Of a stretch of 64,000 nucleotides of DNA, positions 51,830 through 64,000 are shown one piece after another. Below the pieces are notes generated by a model. That model was not told where the DNA came from and ran no database searches. It was given only the letters and a program-made list of their open reading frames with translations. The stretch is from Asterias rubens (taxonomy: Eukaryota). Numbering within the stretch: the stretch's first letter is position 1; each line of letters begins with the position of its first letter. The position numbers and the translations under genes are program-made. The DNA lies in assembly GCF_902459465.1 (NCBI RefSeq), contig NC_047064.1:21142001-21206000 (forward strand), read 5' to 3'.

Positions 51830-52185
51830 TTAAAAGGCAGTGGACACTATTGGTAAATATTCAAACAAATTCTTAGCATAAAACCTTACTTTAAAACATT
51901 GTGAGAAACGGCTCCCTCTGAAGTGACGTAGTGTTCGAGAAAGAAATAATTTTCCACGAATTTGATTTCGAGACCTCAGAATTCGAATTTGAGGTCTCGA
52001 AATCAAGCATCTGAAAGCACACAACTTTGTGTGACCAGGGTGTTTTTTCTTTCTTTAATATCTCGCAACTACGACAACCGATTCAGCTCAAATTTTCACA
52101 GGTATGTTATTTTATGCATATGTTGAGATACACCAAGTGAGAAGACTGGTATTTGACAATTACCAATAGTGTCCAGGGTTTTTAA
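51830..52185 (+). mobile_element. T2-type MITE
   Basis: Family TIR and body. Confidence 0.75.
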
Positions 52186-52974
52186 TGTCATAAAGGTTGT
52201 GATTAAGATGAAAGTTTGCGCTAAATATAATCATTAACAATCCTCTGAATTTCATTTCCATATGTTGCATTTCAATCCATCTCGGTTTGCTAAACACAGT
52301 GCAATACATAAACCATGTCCCATTAATGAAACTTATGGAGAAATATATTACGTAATGTGCGCCATTGTCTCTTCGCATCATAAATTAACTCCCATCCACC
52401 TTACGTTAACGAAGAGCACAGATTCATCACAAGTCTCCGATTTGACATTTCAATTCCCTCTTGCTTCAGTTTACATTTATCAATAATTTATTAATTTATA
52501 GCTGCGTATCATGAGACGGACATGCAAAGTGAATCCTCAACTAACCACGTAGAAATGACATCCCTCTCTCGTAATCTAAAAGAGCGGGAGAGGCATGGCC
52601 TCATTTAGTCAACACAACAGTGCTTTCTGTAAGTACGTCACCCACGTAAAGTACAACCACACAGATATCCATGACATTAAAGACGCTATGTCAGATTTTT
52701 TGCCCCAAACATTAAAAAATTGATTTTCTTTATAGTGAATGGTAATTAAAATAAAATTAACTTTTACTTGTAATGGTCAGGAACCATGAAAAAGATTTAA
52801 AACGTTTCTTATAAAACACATAAGAATTGGTGACGTGAAATATTGTCGGGATCCCGACAAAAACTAATTTTGAGCACTTTATTTCACTGCTACTAATAAT
52901 TGGCGGACTTTTTCGAGCAATGGCTCAAATGAAAGCTTGTAACTTTCTCGACCCCCATCAAAATACCTATTGGG

Positions 52975-53225
52975 GTCAAAGGCACTGGATACGTTTAGTA
53001 ACTGTCGGAGACCAGTATTCTCACTTGGTGTATCCCAACATAAAACAGTACAAACCTGTGATAATTTTGACCAAAAAATAAAGCAAGAGAATAATGAAAG
53101 AAAAACACCCTTGTTAATAAAAGATAAACACCCTCCTTGTATAAAGGTCTTGTAACATTTGAGTGGGTCATTATACATCTTTCTCAAAAACTTTTTTACT
53201 TCAGAGGGAGCCGTTTCTCACAATG
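52975..53225 (-). mobile_element. T2-type MITE, partial inverted copy
   Basis: aaggcactggatacg.., cagagggagccgtttctcacaatg. Confidence 0.65.
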
Positions 53226-53494
53226 TTGTACGTAATGACGTCAGGTGGTGCGTGCTGCTCAATGTCGATTAGTATAATTTGCATTCTATTTTGCAGAGGG
53301 GATTTCATTACCACTGTGTAAATATCTCTGAGGAACTGGGGTAATTAATGGTTCATATGCCTTATCTTGGTTCATAGACAGTCAATACAGTAAGTTGAAA
53401 TGCTAACATTTTACCAGATAAGGGCGTTTAGAATGGAAATATTATTTCAATCTTTTGACAATTCGTCGAATATTCCTTCCTGCGGGACACTAAC

Positions 53495-53975
53495 CTACAT
53501 GCTCAACTGTCGGGAATCGAACCTCGCCCGATCGGAATTATGATCAAGCTCCCGTCTTGAAATACAAAACCTTCACTTTATAACTCACTCTGCTTTATTG
53601 AGATCGTAGCAGACGATATACCGTGAAAATGGCGGGAACCATTATGTACATTATCTACATGCTCAATAATGTCGTGAATCAAACCACGCCCGGTCGCAAT
53701 TAAAATCAAGCTTCCATCGTGTAATACAAAACCTTCACTTTATAACGCACTCTGCTTCATTACGATCGATAGCATACGATTATGGCAGAAAACTTATATG
53801 TCCATTATGTACATGCTCAAATTGTCGGGAATCGAACCACGCCCGATCGCAATTTAGAACAAGCTTTCATCTTGAAATACAAAACCTTCACTTTATAACG
53901 CACTCTGCTTCATTACTATCCTAGCAGACAATATACCGTGAGAACGGAGGGAACCTGATATGCCCATTGTCCAAT
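53495..53975 (-). repeat. Three tandem ~155-bp units, each with a tRNA-like B box
   Basis: Units start ~53495, 53655, 53810; minus strand reads gggcg(a/t)ggttcgattcccgac. Confidence 0.75.
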
Positions 53976-55754
53976 TTGTGGCGGGAAATAAACCGTCCAG
54001 TTCAATGTCTTCCTTTCATCCGTCAGAAGACATCTACAGAATTGACTCTATATTTAGCTACAAGGTATGAATAAAATCCACCGGGAATGTAGACCGTAAA
54101 TGGGAGATACTGGTAATGGTAAGGTAACCCTATAGAGCTAGGCGTGAGTGTTCCGTTGAAAGATTCAACGAGATGCTTCGAATAAAAAATATTTTAAAAA
54201 GAACTGGACATTTGAGATGGTTTGTGTTGTTATAATATGAATAGGACTAAGTGTTGTGGATGCACTCAATGACTTCTGCCACTAACAGGGAGATCATAGT
54301 TTTTGAAAGAGAATCCGCGTCTTGATATTAAAAGAATATTGTTGATAACCGAGATGAAACTAATGCGGGTACGGAAATCAACAAGATGACCTTTGTCAGG
54401 CTGACAGCATTTCTTGTCATGTTCCCCGACTGCTTCAGTAATGGTGAATACGAATTGTCGGTATGGCAAACTAGGTGTCAGACTCTTTTGCCAGCCAAGC
54501 TTCGATTTCATAGTAGTTGTTTAAATTGAGATAAAGGACGTAGGGACATGGCATGTTCAAAATTAAAAATTAGATAAAATACAAATGGTTTAAAGCAAAG
54601 TTTTTGGCTCACAAATTAATTGTGTGTTTTGGATGAAAACAGGTTAAATTTGTCCGAAGTATATATTTATGTTCTGTTTAGATGTTCAATCTAAGAGCTC
54701 AGTCAATGTACAGTTTAAACCAGTTCAATTCTTCTAGACAAAAATATACTTCCATCTAAATAATCATGGTATAGGCAGTTGTTTTATTTAAGTGACCGAA
54801 ATTTCAACAACAAAATGCAGGATTATTGGTTCTTTAATAAAAAATATTTAAAAAACTGCCACAATCTCCTGCGTGAAGAACAAACAGTTGGCCATAAACA
54901 CATCGGTCACGTGTTGACCCTCCTTCAAAACAAAACCTTAAAATGTCACAAATTTGTTCTAAATTTTAGAGACGCGAAACTCCTAAAAAGATTAGAGTCC
55001 CAATTTATAAAAATTCTCTGATTTCCACTCCATAGCTTCCGATCATATAATTGGGTGGGATCTGGATAATCAGTCACTCGTGTAATTGGATTATATGTAC
55101 GCACACATACGTCCCAACTCGTCCATTGCTAGAAGATGTTATTGAGAAGCATGTAAACGTCTCGCTCTAAATCAATTTACTTATCACATTAGCGGGCAGG
55201 TCGTATTAGATGGGATGGGACTATCTGATGCTTTACTCAATAAAAAGGTACATCGTCGCTATAAAATTAAAGATACTGATAATATAGACCTTTATCATGG
55301 TGGAGCCATTTTGGAATTTGTCCATTGATATCAATGTAACCAAACCGAGGCTGGAAGAACAAAATAGTCTGGTTCCTATTTGCAAAATGAATATAATAAT
55401 GAAAGGTTTGCGGTAACACTCTCTAATGAGTTGGGGTGGTTCTGGAAAGAACCATTGGTTTCAACTCGACGTTTCGATCAGTATGCTCTGATCGTCTTCT
55501 GAAGAAAGCTGTTGACACTGATGCTGCATGCTACTTAAGTACTGTGGAGGCGGAAACTTCCACATGTAAATAATAATTACATACATCTTTATTCAAGGGA
55601 TTCTTGCCATGGCCCAAAACTTGATAAACAAAAGCTATCAAAACCCTTTTTAAATGAAGACTTTTTACAAAATGCACTACAGCACAACTACTTTCATGAC
55701 TTACACGAAGAAAAAAGACATGACTAATAAGCTTGGCTGATAATACAGTCTTCG

Positions 55755-56080
55755 TTAAAGGCACTGGACACTATTGGTAATTCTCAAAATAATTATTGGC
55801 ATACAATCCCTCCGAAGTGATGTAGTTTTAGAGAAAGAAGTAACTTTCCACGAATTTGATTTCGAGACCTCAGATTAAGAATTTGAGGTCTCGAAATCAA
55901 GCATCTGGAAGCACACAACCTCTTCTGACAAGGCTGTTTTTCTTTCATAGTTATCTCGCAACCTCGACGACCTATTGAGCTAAAATTTTCACAGGTTTGT
56001 TTTTGATGCATTATGTTGAGATACACCAAGTGAAAAGACTGGTCTTTTACAATAACCAATATAGTGTCCAGTGTCTTTAA
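55755..56080 (+). mobile_element. T2-type MITE
   Basis: ttaaaggcactggacac ... gtgtccagtgtctttaa. Confidence 0.8.
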
Positions 56081-56371
56081 TGAGAAACGCGAGCTTGTCA
56101 AAAAGCTATGCCAGTCATTAGGGCCAATTATAATCACGTATTGGATGACTTGGAGAGACTCGACTGCCGGGATCAATTATCAAGTTTCCTGTACGTCTGT
56201 CCGTGTTGTAGACAAACAATCGTTTTAATTTATAGTTGATTTGTGTTTTACTTAGGTCTGCTCTCCGTCTCGGTTTTGCAGTCGGTCAGATTATTGGCTC
56301 AAAGTCGGCATTTTTACATGGACACCATACTATTACTCAAAATAACTGTTAGCATAACAACTTATTTGGTT

Positions 56372-56832
56372 CCGGTTTCGCATGCAATTATGTCCTCTAT
56401 GCAATACTATCCGGAGGACAGTATTGCATATGCAATAATGTCCGCCGGACGGTTTTACATATGCAATCGTGTCCGCCCGGACGCTGCTGCATATGCAGTT
56501 GTGTCCACCCCGTGCAAAACCGTCCTTGCAGTAAATTAACCGCCCTTGGTCGACGGAACACAATCAACATTTTTTTACAAGGTAAGTGCATGTCATGATA
56601 AATGACATGGGAAATGTTCGGCCGTTGGATATTCGCTGCAATCATAAAATACGTGAGTATTAATGCTGCATATTATTATTATTATACGTAGGTTCAGTGC
56701 ATGTACGCTCGCTTACGCGCGCACATACATGTCCACCGGACGGTTTTTGCATAGCCCCGGACACGATTGCATAAGCAAAAGTGTCCGGAGCGTTCAGTAT
56801 TGCATGGCGGACACAATTGCATCTGACACCGG
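56372..56832. mobile_element. Non-autonomous DNA element with subterminal repeats (atgcaat..gtgtccg), nested in a T2-type MITE (~56318-56990)
   Basis: Ends ccggtttcgcatgcaatt / aattgcatctgacaccgg; the host MITE resumes at ggagagctgttgatag. Confidence 0.65.
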
Positions 56833-58379
56833 GCTTAGGAGAGCTGTTGATAGTATAAAACATTGTGAGAAACGGCTCCCTCTGAAGTAACGTAGATTTT
56901 TAGAAAGAGGTAATTTCTCACCCAGATAATAAAATACTCTAGGCTGTAGCCTTTTATTAGGCATCTGAAAGCAAACAAATTTGTGCAAAAATTCTCTCCC
57001 CCCCCCCCCATTTTTTAGATCTTGACTTGTGCGATGTAAACAAAAGTGCAGTGTAAAAGTGTTACATTTTATGAGCCTTAAAATGTGATAATTTCACTGT
57101 GTTTAAAATTTTCCTCACATTTCACGGAGGCAATCACGTAAGATAATCGTTTACAAAATAGTTAAACAAACGTCATAAAGACCACTGAGAAAGGGGCTCG
57201 TTTAAAAAACTGATCTTACAGATTTATTTGGCCAGTATAATAGTGCTTCCTAGAGCAAATGTGCGCCCCTTGTGCCCCCTAAAATGTAACCCCATAATTT
57301 CGGCGCTGCTTTTATCTTCGTTTTTTTATTTCCCAAGCGTACGCTGGAAATTTGAGACCGTTTATGAGTAGGCATATCGAGCACCAAATGAGACTGTGTC
57401 GTGAAAGCTCTCTCGTACGGAAGAAGTGTCCTTAAAAAACAATCTCAATAACATAAACAATTTAGAAATCTGGAAACTGGTCACAATGTTTCTCATGATG
57501 CTCTTCGTCTTCAGACAGTAATTGTTAATCATAGTTCCCGGTGAAGGGTGACAAGTACAAGTGTCTTTTCAAGATTTTTAATTTCCGTTGCTAAGCAGAA
57601 ATGATGGGAGCGGTGTCGGACGACGGCTGTTACATGATGGATTTAGATGGAATTCACTTCTGAAAAGCGGTGCTGTTTAAGTTTTCTCTGATATTGTGTG
57701 ACTAGGCTCTTTGTTTGTAGGATACGTTTATGTTATATAAGAGCCAAATCTCGATTTGTTTGGCAAAAAGCGCTTTTTCGGGGTCTTTTAATTGGTTATT
57801 TGTTATTTATATTTTGACCACAGTTTTCTTTCAAGATGTATGTCGATGTTTTAGATTTTGTGTAATGACCAATATCGATAAAAAGGCAAGAGTAAATATT
57901 GACAAGCTTCTATATACCGTTTGTAAATATTCCTGCCTTTTTATCAACATCCAAAGTATTAATTTCTTCTCGATCTTCACTGAAACTAAAATCCACATCT
58001 TTGAATATAGGAGTACCGACACCCCTGCATGAAACAGACGTCTGCTCTATAAGTAATCGTCATTTTTTATTGGCGCGAATTAGATGTTCTTATATTATTC
58101 AATACCAAGTTGTCGTCCGTTCCCATCTGCGGGCAGGTGTGTTGATTCAGCTCATTGGAAATGCCTCTTGGGTAAACCCAGGAGGCAGGTTGGAATTACA
58201 TAAATTATTTGATTCCTTGTAATTTGTTTAGGCTCTGAGACAATTTGAATAATCATCGTTAGCTTATACGAAAAAGTTGTAGGCCTATATTGCGCGTCAT
58301 TGGATGTTGTTGTTGTTGTATGTCCTTGGGCTGAGATGTAGAACAACGATCAAGGCAGTCCACGCAGTGTTTTACCATT

Positions 58380-58845
58380 CGTAAAGTGGACACTATTGGC
58401 AATTACTCAAAATAACTACTAGCATAAAACCATATTTGGTAACGAGTAATGGGGAGCTGTTGTTAATATAAAACACTGTGAGAAACGGCTCCCTCTGAAG
58501 TAACTTGAAAATGTGTTTGGTAATCCTGTTTTTATTAAAGGCAGTGGACACTTGCCTTCACAGTTGGTGTATCTCAACATATGCATAAAAATAATAACTA
58601 ACCTGTGAAAATTTGAGCTCATTCGGTCATCAAAGTTGCGAGATAATAATGAAAGAAGAAAACACCCTAGTCACACGAAGTTGTGTCCGTTTAGATGGTT
58701 GATTTCGAGACATCAAGTTCTAAACGAATCAAATTCGTGGAAAATTACTTCTATCTCGAAAACCTCTCCCCATTACTCTTTACCAAGTGAGGTTCAATGC
58801 TAATAATTATCTTGAGTAATAACCAAGAGTGACCACTGCCTTTAA
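58380..58845. mobile_element. Partial + strand T2-MITE followed by an inverted copy (58535-58845)
   Basis: Family TIRs, TTAA at 58535 and 58842. Confidence 0.7.
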
Positions 58846-60779
58846 ACGAAGAAATTTCATGCTTAGCAAATTTTTGTTCTAACAGGCTTTATGAGATTGG
58901 GCCCTTGTGACAGAGCGGGTAAAACCGCATCGTTCGCAAACTCGTAAATCTCTAAAACGATTCGTGCAAAAAACAATCTCAGTTTCAAATGTTTTTCATA
59001 CATTTCTAATCAACGGAGGCCTTTCAGACAAAATGATTTTGCATGATGCTTTACTGAGTATTATCTTGATCAGCTTTATGGTATAAGTTGCTCTTTCTTT
59101 GGAATAGTCTTCCTGTGCATATTCGCCAAGCTAATACTTTACAATGTTTTAAGTCCTTGTTGAAAACTCATTTGTTTAAAGCTTCTTTTTTGTAATTTGC
59201 CTATTTGTATCTTGTATCTTTCTCTAATTGTTTATTTTGTTGTTTCTTTAATGCGCTTAGAGGCTTTTGCATTAGGCGCTTTACAAATGTCTTATTATTA
59301 TTATTATTATTTCGGGTAGTCATTACCAAACGATGCCACTATATACCAATCCTACCTCTATCGTGAAGAGATAGTAAAAATATGTTGCCCAGCACTGATC
59401 AACTTACCAATTTTAACTATGTTTACTTTTTAATCTGCATGCATTCCAAGAAACATGCACAATTATTTGTATTACCTTATCATCACTTTATTTGTCCAGT
59501 CCAGAATCATTCACAAACAATTGTTATCAGTGATTGATGACATGACTTTATTAAACACCGACTAGATGGATTTCAGATTACAACAATTACCCTTTGTCTG
59601 ACAACCATCAAAACTGTCTAGTATAATCTGACATGTTTGTTTTTTATTTGGCGAGGTTTTGCTTTTTCCGCTCGCATTCAAATAGCATTTCAATAATAGT
59701 ATCATCTCCCAAGGCCCCGGAAAACACTGACGCACTTGCAGACTTCGTTATCGAAACCTTCGAAAAAGACTCTCTGCTATTTGGTCAAAACTTCAGGCCA
59801 CTAACTATTTGTTTGCAAAAAAAAAACATGAATGCAATTTAATTTTCATCTCTTTTCTTTTTCACCGCAGATAATCTCGAGTTTCGTGACGTAAGGACTG
59901 TTCCACACGATGTGCACATAAAGAACCTACAAGCAAGGTGTACACGAACGTTGATGGCGTCATCAGATATCAGGAAACGCTTACCAAGGCCAAAACGCTT
60001 AAACAGCGCCACTCCAGTCGCGCGTGTGTACGGTTTGATGGGGGTGATTCGAGAACACCGCCGTCAAATCAAACAGACATCCGTTATCTGTCGCTGGTAA
60101 ACACGATTATGGATTGGATAGCAGGCGGTAGCATCATGGTAAACGTGACTCTTATCGTCTCAACTTTATGAGCCTGCATAACACGCAAGGCCATACCGGG
60201 GACGCTAAAACACATACAGTTAAAAATGTGATGGCAAAAAGTGCCAAGCACGCTGTAAACAACGTGTTCTTCAATAGACAGTGTGTTGACGTCACACCTG
60301 CGTCCGAACATCAACTGGAATATAGTCCCGGCGAGACACTCGTTAAAATATCTTCCGGATTTGATAATAATTAAATTCATCGCGGAGAGTCTGATTGTTT
60401 AATGAGATATTAACCTTGTTGTGCAGTTGGATTAATGGCTCAAAATTAACCAATTCTGCATGAGTAATGTCTGAATAATGTACAAAAAAGCCAACTTTGA
60501 AAAGGTCACTTTCTCTAGACTGTAGGAGAATTGCTTTAAGGAATAGTCACGTTTTATCTCCTCGCTTCTTCCGTAATCATCGAAACCATTGATGTTTTTG
60601 CGAAGTCTTCGCATGGACTCTAGCCTCGATGGGCACTGGTAGGTGTTCCTTTACGCTGTGGGGCAAGGACTGCGACCGAAATACATGATTTTTAAACCCC
60701 GAGGAATCGGGTGGTCAGTGGATTCAATCTTGGTTCATCTCACGGGACGGATTTGTAATTTTCTCCCGGGGCCTGACTG

Positions 60780-62639
60780 ATGCTGATTGCTCCTATGAAG
60801 GACTTCCCCGCGGTAATTCCCGCGGTGGCCACCGTGAATATGATGACCTCCAAACCAGAACGAGTTCTAGGGGAGTCAGCGCTGATTCAGACAGATGGCA
60901 ATGCCCTTCTCAAGGCGGCATGGCTGGGTAGGCTCCGCCTCATGCGTCTACTCATCGAAGGAGGCACCGATGTGAGTAAGACCAACGATGAGGGCAGGAC
61001 AGCCCTCATGGTGGCTTGCAGTAGCACATATAAAGACACTCAGAGCACCACCAAGAGTAAAATCGTTAAGTTCCTCTTGGAGAATAAGTGCGACCCCAAC
61101 GTCCAGGATAGACACGGGCGAACGGCTTTGATGTACGCTTGCCTGGATCACGCTGGTACCGAAGTGGTGTCAGTATTTCTTAAACACAATTCTGATGTCA
61201 GGATAGTTGATAAGAAAGGCTCCTCGGCCTTGGTTTACGCCATTAACGCAGGAGACCCAGACGTCTTGAGGTTGCTGGTGGACGCTTGCAAAGCACAGGG
61301 TAAAGAGGTGATTATTATCACCACAAATAAAGAGATTGGGTCACGAGAGCCAGTGACGAGACAGTATCTAGATATTCCACCAACTCTTCCACAGAGTCCG
61401 CCGTATGGTGTGTGCGTCACGCCCTCTGAAATCAGCCTAAAGCACGAGTCTCAAGCTCTCAAAGTGACCCCATCGCTAACTTTGAAACCACCTGAAGATC
61501 AGGTTGAAAATCAAGACTCTTTTAAGAAACAATCCAAGGAGCTCTCATCTGTTGTTGCCCACCACCATCTTGAACGCTCTGCGTCATTCGAAGGATCAAG
61601 TACTGAGAATGATTTGTCATTACACCGGACACAACCACCACCACGAAGCATCCCATCTCCTAATGAGGTTTCTGAAAGTAAGCTTGCCTCTGCTGTTTAC
61701 CAGCGTCGGCTAGGCCGAAGAGGGAGCTGTGCATCCTTGACGGATGAGGGCTCTCAATCACCCAGACAGAGAGGCAATACATCACCATCCCAAACATCCA
61801 TCAAGAGCCTTAGTGATCTACAGTTACAGATCATAAGTACTCCTGATCGAACACCAAGTCCTCCACAACAGCCGCCGAGAAGACCTCTGCAACGCCGGCA
61901 GAGCGCCGAGGCTTTCAACACCGCCACCCTGCAGGGATTGTTACCCCCTTCTCAGCCGGTTAGACAGAAACTTACCGTGACCAACTCAAATCCCATTGAA
62001 GGGTTATTAGAAATAAACACACCACGCCCGAATGTGATGCCCATGTCTACTATTCTGTCAAGCAGAAGGTGTTCACTTCCAGGCATGCCTCCTCCTCTCC
62101 GCAAATGCCACACCGTCCACTCTATCAACGTATCTGACCTCTTAGAGAACAAACCTTCGCTTCCAGCGACAAGCTGCCCAAACAATTTACAGAGTAGTCA
62201 CGGTGACCTGATGGAGGAGACCGCAGAGTGCGACGACGATGAGGAGGACACCGAGGGACAAACTCTCAAACAGGCTGTCTCCAAGGGCGTTCTGGACGGT
62301 GGTCCAGGAGGCCTGATTGCCATGCATCGACGCCAGAGGTGCAGGGAGCGGAGAGGGTCTGCCCCGTTTATCCTGGAGGACGAACTAGCTCAAACTAGGC
62401 CAGGAAGGCTGCCTCCTCTGAAGGTCAGTCCCAGCGTACCACTTCCTGGTATCGGTCGCTTGAAAGAGCCAGTGGTCAGATCAGGACCTTCCAGTCCTAG
62501 CAGGATGGAGAGGGTGGACAGAAGACATTCCATGCAGCCAGAGGACTTGCGGAGTCTGACGTCATTTGCAGCCAGGAGCAGAGGGAGTTTTCGCAATAAA
62601 CATAACAGCCACAGCACTGAGTCGACAGACAGCATCTGA
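60780..62639 (+). CDS. ANKRD34: Ankyrin repeat domain-containing protein 34-like, single coding exon, 619 aa
   Basis: N-terminal ankyrin repeats GNALLKAAWLGRLRLMRLLIEGG..GRTALMVAC..KIVKFLLENKCDPNVQD..SALVYAIN..ACKAQGKEVIIITT and C-terminal RRHSMQ motif, both characteristic of ANKRD34A/B/C. An in-frame TGA two codons upstream closes the ORF. Confidence 0.93.
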   Translation: MLIAPMKDFPAVIPAVATVNMMTSKPERVLGESALIQTDGNALLKAAWLGRLRLMRLLIEGGTDVSKTNDEGRTALMVACSSTYKDTQSTTKSKIVKFLLENKCDPNVQDRHGRTALMYACLDHAGTEVVSVFLKHNSDVRIVDKKGSSALVYAINAGDPDVLRLLVDACKAQGKEVIIITTNKEIGSREPVTRQYLDIPPTLPQSPPYGVCVTPSEISLKHESQALKVTPSLTLKPPEDQVENQDSFKKQSKELSSVVAHHHLERSASFEGSSTENDLSLHRTQPPPRSIPSPNEVSESKLASAVYQRRLGRRGSCASLTDEGSQSPRQRGNTSPSQTSIKSLSDLQLQIISTPDRTPSPPQQPPRRPLQRRQSAEAFNTATLQGLLPPSQPVRQKLTVTNSNPIEGLLEINTPRPNVMPMSTILSSRRCSLPGMPPPLRKCHTVHSINVSDLLENKPSLPATSCPNNLQSSHGDLMEETAECDDDEEDTEGQTLKQAVSKGVLDGGPGGLIAMHRRQRCRERRGSAPFILEDELAQTRPGRLPPLKVSPSVPLPGIGRLKEPVVRSGPSSPSRMERVDRRHSMQPEDLRSLTSFAARSRGSFRNKHNSHSTESTDSI

Positions 62640-63510
62640 TTGTCGTTCAGGTTGCTTGCTGTCGACACATTGCCGCTATGTTGTCACAATGCCGTAAAAT
62701 ATAATATATTAGCGTGAATATGGTAAAGTTTGTCAAATAACAATAATTTTAATTTGAAGGGAAAATGCTGTCATTCGACAGAGAGTAGGCAAATGTTCAG
62801 TACTACCTCCTAATTTCCTTCTCATTTTATTTGTTTGTTATTTAGCTTTTCCTTATATTTTTATTTATTTATTCACTTATTGATTGACTGATTTATTTAT
62901 TTTAATTTGTATGTATTCTATTTGGGGGTGGGGGATTAGGGAGAATACTTTTAATATGTACAGTTTCAAAATAGTGTAAATGGCAGCGGTTTGACCGACA
63001 TTACAAAAACTGTGTTCATCCTTTCGCACCAATATTCGCAAGTGAGTTGAGCAGAGTTGAACGCTGCGAATTTGTGACGTCAACATTCGTATCGCATTCG
63101 CATTCGCAGAAAGTATGAACCGGGCTAAAGATGTACAGGTTTTTTTTTTGTCTTGGGTGAATTTATCTTTACTTTCTTCACCATTGATATACTATAAGTG
63201 ATGATCGAGATACCTTATTTTTGTATCTACGTAACATCAATCACGATTTGAGGATTTTACAATAATATTATATTAAGACATTTAAATATAAAGATGAAAC
63301 ACGTTATTGGCTTTTGTGTAATACGTACTTTAGTGTCAGGTTTTTATATCACCAATTTATTATGATAAGTTTGGTATCGCTTTTGTTGTTTCGTTTTTTC
63401 TTTTGTTTTTAATAACATCGGTATTGATACGGTTGGTTTGCCTAAAAGGTGTGATACAGTGATTGATATTGAAAGAAAAGGGGGAAGATTTGAAATGTTG
63501 ACCGATAACT

Positions 63511-63896
63511 TTAAAGGCAGTGGACACTTTTGGTAATAACTCAAAATAATTATTAGCACAAAACCTTACTTGGTAACGAGTAATGGGGAGTAGTTGATGG
63601 TATAAAACATTGTGAGAAACGGCTCCCTCTGAAGTGCCATAGTTTTCGAGAAAGAAGTAAGTTTCCACGAATTTGATTTCGAGACCTCAGATTTAGAACT
63701 TGAGGTCTCGAAATCATCCATCTAAACGCACACAACTTCGTGTGACAAGGTGTTTTCTTCTTTCATTATTATCTCCCAACTTTGATGACCGATTGAGCTC
63801 AAATTTTCACAGGTTTGTTATTTTATGCATATGTTGAGATACACCAACTGTGTAGGCTAGTCTTTGACAATTACCAATAGTGTCCACTGCCTTTAA
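63511..63896 (+). mobile_element. T2/Kolobok-type MITE, full copy
   Basis: TTAA-flanked TIRs; near-identical to 8309-8668. Confidence 0.88.
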
Positions 63897-64000
63897 GAGC
63901 GCAAACCAAAACAGAAAGGTATAGTTTTCTCGATGACAGTTCATGATCGCCTAATCATTTCTTATGTTCAGAGTTGGCATGTTTTTTGTGTGTTCTTTGG

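Noticed and set aside
54385-54530. Short signal-peptide-like frame MTFVRLTAFLVMFPDCFS
   Set aside because: No convincing donor site or downstream exons, and too short to support.

Overview
Eukaryotic (animal) genomic DNA, AT-rich and dense in MITEs. The gene content and repeats look like a marine invertebrate deuterostome such as a sea star; the species is not determined from this window. Protein-coding genes: a 6-exon SLC34/NaPi-II sodium-phosphate cotransporter (+, 1917-7066); three tandem 4-exon secreted CTHRC1-like 'mini-collagen' genes (-, 12358-27377), which the ORF track shows only as fragments; and a single-coding-exon ANKRD34-like gene (+, 60780-62639). About 25 copies of one TTAA-flanked (T2/Kolobok-type) MITE are present, along with CWG-targeting PIF/Harbinger-type MITEs, a 9-bp-TSD foldback element, tRNA-derived SINEs and Penelope-like hammerhead relics. 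The most unusual locus is the CTHRC1-like cluster. Paralogs A and B have near-identical exons 1-3 but diverged introns, and they differ in one 14-nt hypervariable patch. Their 3' flanks are arrays of CCTC...GAGG stem-loops that resemble the hairpin-forming C-terminal coding sequence. All alignments and exon joins were done by eye.
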